Assembly: GCF_009914755.1 (NCBI RefSeq)
Contig: NC_060940.1
Length of the DNA: 64,000 nt
DNA from: the human T2T-CHM13v2.0 reference genome, Homo sapiens
Strand: one strand, 5' to 3'
The first letter of the stretch is position 1. Each line of letters opens with the position of its first letter. The notes beneath the pieces were generated by a model that did no database searches, was not told where the DNA came from, and worked only from the letters and a program-made list of their open reading frames with translations. A program made the translations under genes and the position numbers. Positions 1 to 24,451 of the stretch are shown piece by piece.

Positions 1-1470
1 AAAGCTGGAGGCATCATGCTACCTGACTTCAAACTATACTACAAGGCTACAGTAACCAAAACAGCCTGGTACTGCTACCGAAACAGACATATAGACCAAT
101 GGAACAGAACAGAGCCCTCAGAAATAATACCACACATCTACAACCATCTGATCTTTGACAAACCTGACAAAAACAAGAAATGCAGAAAGGATTCCCTACT
201 TAATAAATAGTGCTGGGAAAACTGGCTAGCCCTATGTAGAAAGCTGAAACTGGATCCCTTCCTTACACCTTATACAAAAATTAATTCAAGATGGATTAAA
301 GACTTAAATGTTAGACCTAAAGCCGTAAAAACCCTAGAAGAAAACCTAGGCAATACTATTCAGGACATAGGGATGGGCAAGGACTTCATGTCTAAAACAC
401 CAAAAGCAATGGCAACAGAAGCCAAAACTGACAAATGGGTTCTAATTAAACTAAAGAGCTTCTGCACAGCAAAAGAAACTAGGATCAGTGTGAACAGGCA
501 ACCTACAGAATGGGAGAAAATTTTTGCCATCTACTTGTCTGACAAAAGGCTAATATCCAGAATCTACAAAGACCACCAACAAATTTACAAGAAAAAAAAC
601 AAACCCCATCAAAAAGTGGGCAAAGCATATGAACAGACACTTCTCAAAAGAAGACATTTATGCAGCCAACAGACACATGAAAAAATGCTCATCATCACTG
701 GCCATCAGAGAAATGCAAATCAAAACCACAATGAGATATCATCTCACACCAGTTAGAATGGCGATCATTAAAAAGTCAGGAAACAACAGGTGCTGGAGAG
801 GATGTGGAGAAATAGGAACACTTTTACACGGTTGGTGGGACTGTAAACTGGTTCAACCATTGTGGAAAACAGTGTGGCGATTCCTCAGGGATCTAGAACT
901 AGAAATACCATTTGACCCAGCCATCCCATTACTGGATACATACCCAAAGCATTATAAATCATGCTGCTATAAAGACACATGCACACATATGTTTATCGCG
1001 GCAATATTCACGATAGCGAAGACTTGGAACCAACACAAATGTCCATCAATGATAGACTGGATTAAGAAAATGTGGCACAGATACACCATGGAGTACTATG
1101 CAGCCATAAAAAAGGATGAGTTCATGTCCTTTGTAGAGACATGGATGAAGCTGGAAACGATCACTCTCAGCAAACTATCACAAGGACAAAAAACCAAACA
1201 CCGCATGTTCTCACTCACAGATGGGAACTGAACAATGAGAACACTTGGACACAGGAAGGGGAACATCACACACTGGGGCCTCTTGTGTGGTGGGGGAGGG
1301 GGAAGGGATAGCAGTAGGAGATACACCTAATGTAAATGACGAGTTAATGGGTGCAGTACACCAACATGGCACATGTATACATATGTAACAAACCTGCACA
1401 TTGTGTACATGTACCCTATAACTTAAAGTATAATTTTAAAAAATAAGTAAATAAATAAATAAAAAAAGAA
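1..1470 (+). mobile_element. LINE-1 (L1PA-type) 3' part: disrupted ORF2 C-terminus, 3'UTR, poly(A)
   Basis: Translations [36 protein letters not shown] and [10 protein letters not shown] match L1 ORF2. Premature TAG at 208-210 and a frameshift near 590-600. G-rich 3'UTR at ~1290 and A-rich tail at ~1436-1470. Continues beyond the left edge. Confidence 0.97.
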
Positions 1471-1489
1471 ACAATTGCTGGCTTTGCAA

Positions 1490-2056
1490 TTCTCTTTCCT
1501 CCAAAATCGCCAAGGCCTCAATTTACTCATTGCTGAAAAAGGACGACTCTGTATATTTTTAAATGAAGAGTGTTGTTTTTACCTAAATCACTCTGGCCTG
1601 GTATATGACAACATAAAAAAACTCAAGGATAGAGTCCAAAAACTTGCCAACCAAGCAAATAATTATGCTGAACCCCCTTGGGCACTCTCTTAATTGGATG
1701 TCCTGGGTCCTCCCAATTCTTAGTCCTTTAATACCTGTTTTTCTCCTTCTCTTATTCGGACCGTGTGTCTTCTGTTTAGTTTCTCAATTCATACAAAACC
1801 GTATCCAGGCCATCACCAATAATTCTATATGACAAATGCTCCTTCTAACAACCCCACAGTATCAGCCCTTACCCCAAAATCTTTCTTCAGTTGAATCTCT
1901 CCCACTGTAGGTTCCCAGGCCGCCCCTAATCCCGCTCGAAGCAGCCCTGAGAAACATCGCCCATTATCTCTCCACATCACCCCCAAAAATTTTCGCCACC
2001 CCAACACTTTACCACTATTTTGTTTTATTTTTCTTATTAACATAAGAAGACAGGAA
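1490..2056 (+). mobile_element. HERV-H internal 3' end: degenerate env TM fragment plus polypurine tract
   Basis: LQNRQGLNLL (immunosuppressive motif), CIFLNEECC (CX6CC) and a frameshifted hydrophobic anchor. Purine tract AAGAAGACAGGAA lies immediately before an LTR7. Confidence 0.88.
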
Positions 2057-2513
2057 TGTCAGGCCTCTGAGTCCAAGCTAAGCCATCATATCCCAGTGAC
2101 CTGCACGTATACATCCAGATGGCCTGAAGCAACTGAAGATCCACAGAAGTGAAAACAGCCTTAACTGAAGACATTCCACCATTGTCATTTGTTTCTGCCC
2201 CACCCTAACTGATCAATGTACTTTGTAATCTGCCCCACTCTTAAGAAGGTTCTTTATCATCTCCCCCACCCTTAAGAAGTTTCTTTGCAATTCTCCTCAC
2301 CCTTGACAATGTACTTTATGAGATCCACCTCCTGCCCCCAAAACACTGCTCTTAACTCCACCGCCTATCCCAAAACCTATAAGAACCAGTGATAATCACA
2401 CCACCCTTTGCTGACTCCTTTTTTGGACTCAGCCCGCCTGTACCCAGGTGAAATAAACAGCCATGTTGCTCACACAAAGCATGTTTGGTGGTCTCTTCAC
2501 ACAGACACGTGAG
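2057..2513 (+). mobile_element. LTR7-family 3' LTR of HERV-H
   Basis: Starts TGTCAGGCCTCTGAG, contains GGTGAAATAAACAGCC poly(A) signal, ends TCTCTTCACACAGACACGTGAGA. Confidence 0.92.
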
Positions 2514-2686
2514 ACGGGAGTTCGAGACCGGCCTGGCCAATCTGGTGAAACTCTATGTCTCTACTAAAAATACAAAAATTAGCTGGGCATGGTGGCGGGC
2601 ACCTGTAATCCCAGCTACTCGGGAAGCTGAGGCACAAAAATTGCTTGAACCCAGGAGGCAGAGTTTGCAGTGAGCCAAGATCACAC

Positions 2687-3142
2687 TGTCAGGCCTCTGA
2701 GCCCAAGCCAAGCCATTGCATCCCCTGTGACTTGCACGTATACATCCAGATGGCCTGAAGTAACTGAAGATCCACACAAGAAGTAAAAATAGCCTTAACT
2801 GATGACATTCCACCATTGTGATTTGTTTCTGCCCCACCCTAACTCTTCAATGTACTTTGTAATCTCCCCCACCCTTAAGAAGGTACTTTGTAATCTCCCC
2901 AACCCTTAAGAAGGTTCTTTGTAATTCTCCCCACCCTTGAGAATGTACTTTGTGAGATCCACCCCTGCCTGCAAACATGGCTCTTCACCCCCTATCCCAA
3001 AACCTGTAAGAACTAATGATAATCCACCACCCTTTGCTGACTCTCTTTTCGGACTCAGCCCGCCTGCACCCAGGTGAAATAAACAGCCATGTTGCTCACA
3101 CAAAGCCTATTTGGTGGTCTCTTCACACGGACGCGCATGAAA
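2687..3142 (+). mobile_element. Solo LTR7 inserted into an Alu, 5-bp TSD CACAC
   Basis: TGTCAGGCCTCTGAGCCCAAG...GCATGAAA. CACAC at 2682-2686 and 3143-3147. The Alu sequence resumes on the other side. Confidence 0.92.
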
Positions 3143-3963
3143 CACACGACTGCACTTCAGGCTGGGCGACAGAGCTAGATTCCATCTCAAAAAAAATAAA
3201 ATAAAAAGGAGTCACCTCCCCCGAGAGGCCTCTGGACCACCCCATCTGAGCAGGCCACTCTTCCTTCTCTATCTTACCATCTTGTTTCTGTCCCAGTAGT
3301 TAGGGCTACCTCCAGTAATCCTATTTGTCCCTTTACTGTTTAGTGTGTCTCGCTTGACTAGAAGCTCCATGAAAGCAGAGACCCTACCTGCCTCCTTCGC
3401 CACTAGACCCCCAGGGCCTGGTATGTGGTGATCGCTCAGGGCCCATTTTCTTCCTTTCCTCCTCCTCCAAGGGTGGGGAAAGAGCATCAGAAGGTCTAGG
3501 TGGCCCCAGGCCCAAACAATGCTCCTTTAAAAGGAAACCAGATTGTTACAAAGGTCAGAGGCTGAAAAGTTATTTCCGCCTTTTATCCCTCTAAATTCTT
3601 CACTTCCTGAAAAAACAAACAAACAAAAAAAGCCACTGAGGGACCTTGGACTAAATCCAGGCCTGAGTTGCTGGGCAGAGGTCAGTCTTGTCCAGACATG
3701 GGAAAAAAATAACTCGAGTCAGACAGGTGGGTCACCACAGAACGAATCCAGCCTGCAAATGGCCTGTGCAATCTTCAGCTCTGTCCAGACCTGCCTCCCT
3801 CTGGGGATGCCTTTAAAGGTGATGAATGATCTGGATGAATGGGCTTAGAGGATAAGAGGGAAAAACAAATATCACAGGTCAAATCGTTATTTGTCTTCAA
3901 GTTTAACACCGTCTACTGGACTAAAAGATGTCCAAAGAATAGTTGTTCAACTATGTAAATTCC

Positions 3964-8110
<4,147 letters not shown>

Positions 8111-8919
8111 GTCGGGTCGCCGTGTTTGATGTCAGTTTTCCCTGCCAGAATCTACAATCTCCTTGATCACCATTATATCCCAACGTAGAGCTCAGTACCT
8201 GGTACAAAGCACATTTGATCAATACTTGCTGAATAAAGAAATAAAAATGAAGAGGCACTCCAGCCTGGGCAACAGAGTGAGATGGTCTCAAAAAAAAAAA
8301 AAAAAACGACTGGAAAGGAGATGAGGGTACTTGTGAAGCCATATTATATGACACGCTCTGTGCTAGGACTTTTATATACCTTGTCTCATCTCTTCATCTC
8401 ATATAATCCTTACAAGTATCTCAAAAGTGGGGAAATCCCCATATAACTGAAGACGAAGGCAGTTCAGAAGTTCACTGATTTGCCCTAAGGTTCCTCAATT
8501 TGCAAACGTCAGGCCAATGATCCAACCCCAGGTATGTTTGGCAGTGAAGGACCAGTTGAGTCATAGCTGCAAGTAACCACCCTGCAGTGGTCCCTATCTT
8601 GGCCGTTAGCTTACATTGACATTTAACACTCAAATTTACTCAGTAACACCAGCTATCATGTTTTCCACTAAAACTCCACAGCATTCTGGCAACTTTTCTA
8701 TTTTAGAGCAATAAAGTAAATTGTTAGCATCCCTTTGACATATAAATATTTCTACAAATAGTAATTCTCTAGCCATTCATTTGGAGTATTTAAAACTCAA
8801 CATTCATAGCACATTTTATGTGACAAAGAACTTATGTTCAGAACACAAAAATAAGTCTTATGTCTTCATTAAAAACGGGTGAAGAATTTGAACATTTGCA
8901 AACTAAAATACAAATGGAA

Positions 8920-9735
<816 letters not shown>

Positions 9736-10403
9736 TCAACGTAAAACAGGCTGTTGATATGTTTGCAGATATATAGCAAGTCTTAAGTCCAAGACTGCAA
9801 TATAGTTTGGCTACTTCAGATTGATTGCAATAGTTTTATCTATTACACTATACCCTTACATCATTTATCTTCTACTCACAAGAGGCAAGCACACAGTAAG
9901 AGAAAGCCTTTTGTTTTGAAGGGAAATCTTCTTCAGAATATTAAGTCTAATTTATCAATACATTAATAAAGCACATTACAAAAAAAAAGTCACAGCACAT
10001 TTACTATAAAGCAGACTGCAGAAAAACATTACAACTAATGCTTTATTATGAAGTTCTCGAAGATCATCATTCATTCAGAAGCCCCCATCTCTGGTTGAAC
10101 TTTACCCCATTTAGGATGAAGAAGAGAGATCTTTGTTTGCAGCAAATCTAAAATTTACGTAATCCGCCTAAAGGAACTGTCTTTACATACACCACCTCCC
10201 ACCCCAAAAATAGAAGAAAAAACAGAGCAATTTGCCATCCTTGCGATTATCTCAGGTTCTTCCATCTGCCCCATGTACTTCCCAAATGAAAGACTGCCTG
10301 AAAACAGCATGTTAGATTTCTGGATTTACCAGCTTGCCCAACTACAAATCCTATTTCAAAAAACTCAAAAAATAAGGTCTTTGTTCTACAGTAATGACCA
10401 TTA

Positions 10404-10613
<210 letters not shown>

Positions 10614-10972
10614 TTACTGTCAATTAATAAAAATTACAATTCATAACCACTCAAAGAATAAAGCAATTGATAAGATGCTGTCAAACTGACATCCAAAGTT
10701 AGGGGGCAGTAAGAGGAGCAGCCTGCTCTATAATAAAATGATATTAGCAAGTCAAGACATTTGCTTTTGGGGATTTTTACATTTTATTTCATTTCAACCT
10801 CAGTTTTTGTTGGCAAACAGCATTCATATATCATATGACTTCTACAACTAAAATGAAGCTATTAGCACTAGTATTTAGTAATCTAGTAACTCTCCTTCCA
10901 GCCCTCTTCACCCCATGTATGTTTATCACATGATATACACAATGTACATTTACCTCCGTAAGAGTAAACTTA

Positions 10973-11161
<189 letters not shown>

Positions 11162-11483
11162 TTATTATAAATTTTGATTTATGTTTGGCATTATTAAAAA
11201 CTAATCACCAATGAACAGCTCCTTTAATATTTAAGGCAGTTAAACACTATAAGCATTACTGAGAGCTATATAAAAATCATACTTCATACAAAATTACTGT
11301 ACCTCAGACCCCTAAAAAGCAGTTGCCTTCAAAGGCTCAAAAATCAGTAAGTCGAGGCCAGGCGTGGTGGCTCACGCCTGTAATCCCAGCACTTTGGGAG
11401 GCCAAGGTGGGTGGATCACAAAGTCAGGAGTTCAAGACCAGCCTGGCCAAGATGATGAAACCCCGTCTCTACTAAAAATACTA

Positions 11484-11693
<210 letters not shown>

Positions 11694-12076
11694 TTAGCAA
11701 ATCTTGCTCAATCCAGAATACTCATTAAACTTTTTAATAACATTTTATAAAGTGTTCCATTTGTGACAAAGAACTTAATTAATGAGCCACATCGATGAAA
11801 ATCAAGAAAAATATTTAGCTGAAACACTACTTTGTCCTTTATCAAACAAAATGGCTAGATAAATCTCAAAGTATTAAGGTGGTCATTTTTTTTATTTGAC
11901 TTAATTTTAAGTGCTTTTCATTTCCCAAATCAAACATAAATAGGGCAGCCCTAAATTTGTTGCTTCACATGGGATTCTGCCCCCCCAAAAATGTAAAATA
12001 ACTTCCAGATTTTCCAGTAAAATATACTAAGCCAAACATTTTGAGCAACTTGTCCACTAAAATAACTTTAAAACTA

Positions 12077-12379
<303 letters not shown>

Positions 12380-15069
12380 CTACCACTTAATTAGTACTCA
12401 AATTGGAGTGGCAAACCAGAAAGTCACAGCTACAGACTTTCAGTGGAGCTGACTCGCCTGTGTCTCCTTCCTGTTTTCATGTGTTGCAGCCTGTTCTCTT
12501 CAGAGCCTAACACACTGACAGTAGACCTCTGCAGGACAACTTTGACACCCAGTTCTCTCCAAGCTGCCAGTGAGCTCCCTGTGCAGCCTCACTCCTCACC
12601 TACAGCATGAGCCCTTGCAGCTCTCCCAGCATCACAATCTTGTATCTCAGTCCTGGCTTCTTTCACTGCTGGCGTCCCTCCGTCTCTCCCTTTTTCACCT
12701 ACTTTTCTTTTTTCAAAGAATTCTTCTCTTTCATCTGCTTATATGAAAAATAATGACACCTCTGAAATTCTTTCCTGTAGTCCTGCAGCATCAATGCCAG
12801 GAAGACAGACCTCATCCTCCCAGCTTCTATGCTGCTCCTTTCAGATCCCTTACCCTGTCCCCATTTTCATGACACGGGCTCTCCAGCCAGGAAGAAGACA
12901 CTGTTTCTCACTCTCTCTCTTTTCCATCTTTGCCTGTCCCTCTCGCTGTGTAACTTCCCTTATAACTCAGCCTGAGGCCAGTGCTAGAAAGGCACATCAC
13001 CTGACTTATTCTGTGCCTGATTCTACCTAGATCAGTGCAACCACTGGCTTCTCAGGGGGACCCTTGAGTACTGGGCACTGATGAACTGCTGCCAACACAT
13101 TCATCATTTCTGCCATTAAAAGGTCCTAAGTCCTCTCCAGTGGCAGGTTCCTCAAGTCCCCACTATGCTCTATAATGCCCTATGCTTTCAGCTAATGACT
13201 CAGTCCTCAGAAAAACAAACAAACAAAAAAAAACAGGCTTTAATTTCCTCTACCCCTACCCCCGATCCACCATACACTGCTGAAATTCTGTCTATACCAA
13301 CTTTGACTGCTTTCCTTGGGGCAGAGAAAAGGTGAGGGCCAGTTAATCTATCAATGTTCTTTCTCCTGTTCCTTCAACCTCTGCTTTCTAGTGGCTCCTT
13401 CCCCTTGGCCAAAAGAACATAATCTCTCCAACATTTAAAATAAACATCTCATATTTCCCTCCAGCAACAGCTTCCTATCCTCGACTTCAAGAAAAACTCA
13501 CTGACCAAATAACTTACCTCAAGCTTTTCATTTTCAAATGTCTCTACCACTCAATAGTATTCAATTTAGCTTCTTCTGTCTCTCTACAAAACTCTTTTTC
13601 CTTATAATCCCTAGAGCATCTGACAAGGCTGACTACTCTCATCTGGATGTCCTAATCTAGGACACTTCCCTTCTCAATGTCCCTGTATTTTTTTGAATGG
13701 CTTCCTCTTCTATCCTTTCACAAAAATGCTAAACTAGGATTCTGACCCAGGCCTTCCTTCCTCTTCACTCAATATTCTCCAGAGGCTTCTCTCTGGTTTG
13801 GTTGCTTACAAAGGCTCTAGAGTATAGACACTGAAAAGGAAAGAGGGTCTTTTCTGTGTACTAATGATCTGCAAATCTCTCAAGCTTAGACTTTCTCCTT
13901 AGTTCAAAATCCAATTCTTAACAGCTTACCCAACAATCTCGTCTGCACATTTCATTAGAAATCTTAAAACATGGCTTGTTCTCTGTGTGCTCCTACTCCA
14001 GTTAATAGCATTGTTTCTCTTCCCTCTACCATTGCCCCCACAAATTAATGGTCTCCATGCTTCCATACTTGCCCCCCACCTCCAGTCTCTTCACCATAGC
14101 AGAATGAACCACCAAGTCAGATCACAACACATCTCTGTTCAAATCCCACCTGAAATTTTCAGTCTTACTAGAATAACAGCCAAAGTTCTTTTCTCAGTTC
14201 CCAGCTACTTCTCTGCCCTTATATCCTACTGTTTAAGGCGCTCCTAAACACACAGGCCTCCCAGCTATTTCCAGAACACTCCAAGCCCATCATTCTCACA
14301 TCAGGTCTAGGCCCAAAGGGCATCCTGATGGGCATGCCTTGACCTTGTGTCTTCCCTCCAAAGAAGGTCAGCTTTACCTAACTGCTTTCCTTATGGCACA
14401 GAAAAGGTGAGTGAGGTCCAATTAATCCTTCTATCAATAATCTTTATCTAATCTTTGCTTTAAAAGGTTGGAATTTGTGTCTGTTTTATGTGCTGCCTGG
14501 GTCATAGCACATGCTCAGTGAAGCAATTACACATTAACCCATTTAGCAGTAGAAGTATCAGACAAAGTCTAATGACCTTTATCTTCCCAGCCAAGTGTCT
14601 GCAACAGAGTGAGTGCTCAGTTTTGAATTACAGAATTAATAAAAGCACAGAGGAATGAGAAGAAAGTTTAATTTACAGATGTTCACAAACTCTGTCCTCA
14701 TTAGAATAAATGTTTTTGATATATTCAGACCTCATTTAGAAACAAAGCCATCAAATGTGATTCTTTCTAAAGCAGTACAAATTTTTCTTTATATTCACTC
14801 TGGCATAATCTTCAAACTGTATTAAGGTTTTAGAACAACAGGTTCTGAAAATTAATACCAAATGACTATCTCAGCAGTGTTTTCCCATTATACAAATACC
14901 TTCCCTCATCTCTGATGTCAGTTTCCTGTTGTCATTTTCATAATGGCAGTAAGTTAGAAATATAACCATTTTGTATTACTACATATGACCAATTTTAATA
15001 TTTTTTTGCCATAGGAAAAACATCGTAGTTATTGGAAATTTGTTTTATAACTGGAAACAGAAAGCCTTA

Positions 15070-15306
<237 letters not shown>

Positions 15307-15346
15307 TCAGATCAATTAGAAATATTTCAAAGAGCACAGAAACCTA

Positions 15347-15586
<240 letters not shown>

Positions 15587-15631
15587 TTATTTCTTTATTT
15601 ATCTACTTACTTACTTTTTTTTTTTTTTTGA

Positions 15632-15939
<308 letters not shown>

Positions 15940-15942
15940 TGA

Positions 15943-16218
<276 letters not shown>

Positions 16219-17108
16219 TAAACACACATATCTCATTTCCCCCCTCCCACAAAAAATGGTGCAAGAATAAACTGAGCTAAAACAGTGAGTTGACTATGGT
16301 GGGGGGAGGTTTGATGTCTTCCTCACAACTATGAAACTAAATTTAAAAGTGGTTAAATGTTTTTTAAAAAATGTAAGAGGATAAAAGAACTAGTGGAAAA
16401 TATTGATAAGTAACTGATGTCAGTGTGTGGAAAGGCTTTGTAGAAGGATAAAATGCAAGAAAAGATGCACAAGTAACAGCATCTAGATGCATAATGCTGA
16501 AATACAACACTAAACATTAAAAACAAATTATAAATCAAGAAATTGGATAGCATCAACAATCTTAGTATTTAATGAAATTTCACAGATTAACACAGGAAAA
16601 ATTGAGAGGCCATGAAGACATGATCCATGTTTTAAAAAATCACAAATGGTCACTATATGGGGCAACTTCTACTATTAGTCATTAATACATATAGAAATGT
16701 AAAGTACAATAACTATTTTCGCTGATGGTGGTGGCAGCATTCTTGTTTCTCAGTGACTCTCAGTATCCACAAAGGTGAAGGGAAGGGTGTACTCTATTAT
16801 TAAGGGTATACATTGCAGCCATCTTTTCTGTAGAGTAACTTAGCAATAGAATATATCATAAGACTTATGGTTTGGCAGCCTTTCTTCTAGTAAATCAGTT
16901 TATGAGAATGGATTCCAAGAAAGTAATCAGAAATATAAGCAAAGATATTAAGTGCTATGGTACATTTAGTAAAAAAAAAATCAGAAACAACCTTAATGCC
17001 CAACAGTAAGAAATATTAAATTATGGTACACTCATAAATACAAATCTTTATTAAAAATAACACTGTAGAATACTTAACATGGCAATTTTTTTTTTTTTTT
17101 TTTTTTGA

Positions 17109-17315
<207 letters not shown>

Positions 17316-18052
17316 TGACCTCAGGTGATCCACCTGCCTCGGCCTCCCAAAGTGCTGGGAATACAGATGTAAGCCACCGAACCCAGCCTACCTAACATGG
17401 CAAATTTTTTTTTTTAAATATTGAGTGGGAAAAACAGATCATAAAACCATGTGCCTATGTATGCTGCTGTTTTGGTGAAGAATGGAGAAAACGACATGAA
17501 AGAAAAAAGAATTACAAAGCATATGGATATGGAAATATGGGACTACAAAAGGACACACAACAGAAGTTACTACAAAGATATGGAAGAATGAGCAGTTCTT
17601 TTATTTTCCTAAATTCGCAAGATTTCATTAAACTAACATAAATGGACACAGAATATTATGGTACAAGCTCCTCTATCTGGAGGAAGCAATGAGTCTGAAT
17701 GTAGAGTTCACAGGACTAATGAGCAAATACTCTGACAATAAAGGGTAATTTGTATCAGACTCTGAGGGGGAAGGAGCTCAACTAGGGATCAAGTTCAAAA
17801 GCATTTATAAAACAACTGACAGGTCTTGTTTTTCAGTGTGATTTGCCACTAATTCTTAAATAAGAAAGGCACTCAAGTATTGCTGCTAACTAAAGAACAA
17901 ACTGAAGATGCCTCCTGGTGAAGTGATTTATAGCAAGCTTCAATGCTGAAAGCAAACAAAGCTGTTTTAAGATTTGGCTACAATGTCAGTGAGTAATACA
18001 AAGAATTTAAACATAAAGTAATTCTATCACCCATTTCCTTCCCTCCAACCTA

Positions 18053-18220
<168 letters not shown>

Positions 18221-18409
18221 TCAGAAAAGTTAGTCACCCAATACCATTAAAACATAAATCCCTATAAAATTTACAACTGATCACAGTCTGTGCCTGCTTA
18301 AAGCCAAATGTATTTAACAATTATTTTCACAATTTTCACATTATTTAGCTCAGAATTCTTTAAAATGTTACATATAAAATAGCCACAAAGGGTGACTAAC
18401 AGAACCTTA

Positions 18410-18895
<486 letters not shown>

Positions 18896-19289
18896 TTACA
18901 GTGAGCCGAGATCACACAACTGCACTCCAGCCTGGGCGACAGAGTGCTGTGTCTCAAAAAAATAAATAAATAAATAAAAAATTTCCCCCATAAACAAATT
19001 TTCAGAATTACCTTTAAAGTTCTAAACTTTGCACATAAGAAATATAGTTTTAACATGTTCTAAGATGAATATTGTTTTAACATGAACAAAAACATGAACA
19101 TTATTTTAACTTCTAACACTGTTTTAACACGAATAAAATAGGTAACTCTGGCAGTTGTTGCTTTTACAAAATACAGGATCAAAACCTTTGAAAATGAATC
19201 CAAGCTTTAACTTATTTTATCCATAGATTAAATCATACCAAAGGAATTAAACCATGTTTTTCTTATTAACAGACTTAAAATGAATTTCA

Positions 19290-19493
<204 letters not shown>

Positions 19494-19529
19494 TCAGGAC
19501 TGGTTCAATTTGTAGGTAAGGATGTCTCA

Positions 19530-19862
<333 letters not shown>

Positions 19863-20147
19863 TTAAAAATCTTAAAAGTTCCTAGAATAAGTGTGAGTTT
19901 TTTATGACCAATTCACATTTATCAAGTATCCTCTGTCTACCCATCATTTAAAAATAAAAAATCCCAACATGAAAGATCTTTCATTTTAGGGGAAAAAAAT
20001 ATATATTTTTTCCACACAACTCCCATAAGTTTTGGGAAAAAAACAAACATATTTCCAATGCAATTATTCAATGAAAGCTTATTCTAACAAACATACCTGA
20101 AAATTATTGACTTCTTTTCAAAAAAATCATATACTCTCAAATCTTTA

Positions 20148-20576
<429 letters not shown>

Positions 20577-20972
20577 TTATTTTGAGGTCTTTTATAGTTA
20601 ACAGGATGAGGTACAGTGTGGAAGGATGATTAGGGTAAACGGCTCATGCCGGTCAGGAATGAAACTCATTCAATGCAACTAAGCATCTCTAGAATATCTC
20701 CACCCCCACCCCATTCCCCAAAGTGTTAATGACATCACATCAGTTAACTGTTAACCACATTTCATTACTCAATTTCAAAGCCCATTTTTGTTTCTACAGA
20801 TGCTATCTTCAAAGTAATTTTCCTATTGATGAAAACTGAAATAACCCATATGAGAAGAATGTTACTTGATACTCTGCCACCCCCAAACATATTTTCTCTT
20901 CAAAACTGCATGTAAAGTCAAGGGAATCTTAAAATTATCTTTCCTAGATAAAATAGTCAAAGAAATGCCTTA

Positions 20973-21158
<186 letters not shown>

Positions 21159-21546
21159 TTAAAAGGTTAGCACATACTGTAAGTGGATTATTTACTTATT
21201 AACTCACTGGAGGTAAAAATATAGAAAAATTGAGACTTTCAAATGGATACGGAGATGTGATTACAACTTTAGATCCTTTTTTTATTCACTTCAGATGGGT
21301 CATGTGCCGACATCATAAGAGGATTTGAGGGAGGCATATCAAACATGTGAACATAAAAACCCAATCATTATGCTTATGTATTACAAAAGGATCAAGTTTA
21401 GGCTCTTAAAAGCTCCCAAATCAACTTGATCAAAAACAATAAAAGATTACTGTTTAGTTTTTCAAATATCTGAGCTACTAAGAAACATATTTTGGCACTA
21501 CATGAGTTATTCTATACTAATTATTGTGAGCCTATAAAGCTCATTA

Positions 21547-22022
<476 letters not shown>

Positions 22023-22406
22023 TTAAAAGACAGTTACTTTCAGCTGGCCAAAAGAAATTATATCCCAGTTTGTCATAATTATCTGAATCCATTCATTCAT
22101 TCAACAAAGAGTGAGTGCCTACTCTAGACTAGGCACTGTTCTTGTCCAGAATCCTCATTGACTGTCACGTTTGGAAAAATGACACATTCAACAAAACCCA
22201 CGTAATGTAACTGATGGGTCATCACACAAAACTTTTTCTGAGAGAAAATGTAAAAGTATATGCAAACTATAAACATTCACGTAAGCTTAAAAATGTGACA
22301 ATCACTTCAAAACATTTTTCTAATACTAAGAATGAAAAAAAATCAAGACTGTGTATCTGTCATTAAAATGAGGATTACACATCTGCAGGTCAGGAAAAGA
22401 GCTCTA

Positions 22407-22658
<252 letters not shown>

Positions 22659-23336
22659 CTAGTCTTCTTACATTGGTTTTCTCTTGGTTTTTCAAACATC
22701 TCAAACAATAAAAAATAAAAATAAAAAATGAAACTATAGAAATTACTGTCAAAATTGTTGTGTGCCTTTTAAGAAAACCTCCCAACGCAGCATGATAATA
22801 GCAAAGAGGCCGGGCGTGGTGGCTTACCTGAGGTCAGGAGTTCAAGACCAGCCTGGCCAACAACATGGTGAAACACCATCTCTACTAAAAATACAAAAAT
22901 TAGCTGGGTGTGGTGGCGGGCACCTGTAATCACGGCTACTTGGGAGGCTGAGGCAGAAGAATTGCTTGAACCTGGGAGGCAGAGGTTGCAGTGAGCAAAA
23001 CTCCGTCTCAAAAACAAAAAAAGCATAGAATATTAAAAATCTATATATATTCTTCTATGAAACACTGGGGGTGGGGGATTGAGGTTTTTCATGTATTTCT
23101 TTTCAGAAAGAATAAGAAAGCCTAGATTAAATAATAAAACCAAATTATAAGGTGTTTGACAGTAAAGAAGCTGCTCTACCTCACCTCTATAATCCACATT
23201 TTTTAAAATTTTTTGTAATTCACATTTCTTATTCTCAAATTATAAAGGCAAATTAACAAAGTTAGGAATAGTTAATACTATATAAAATCTGTTACCTCGT
23301 GTCCTGGTTAAGGTTATCTTTCTTAAGTAATATTCA

Positions 23337-23519
<183 letters not shown>

Positions 23520-23554
23520 TTAAATCAACATACATCTTTAAAATCTATCCATTA

Positions 23555-23800
<246 letters not shown>

Positions 23801-24004
23801 TTATCCTTCAAAACAGGGGTATTTGGACTTTTTTTATTTGGACATTTTTAAATTAAAATTACAGATTGGAAGGGATCTAGTACACTACACCTTGGACAAA
23901 TACTTTTTTGTGAAGTCAGTAAAGCCTTTGCGTGCAATATAGCATCTCTATGCAATGCAGCAACTCCTTGTCTATCGCTACAGTAAGAAAACAGCCACAG
24001 GTCA

Positions 24005-24451
<447 letters not shown>

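Noticed and set aside
629-1231. 200-aa L1 ORF2 fragment as a functional CDS
   Set aside because: An upstream stop and frameshift show the element is dead.
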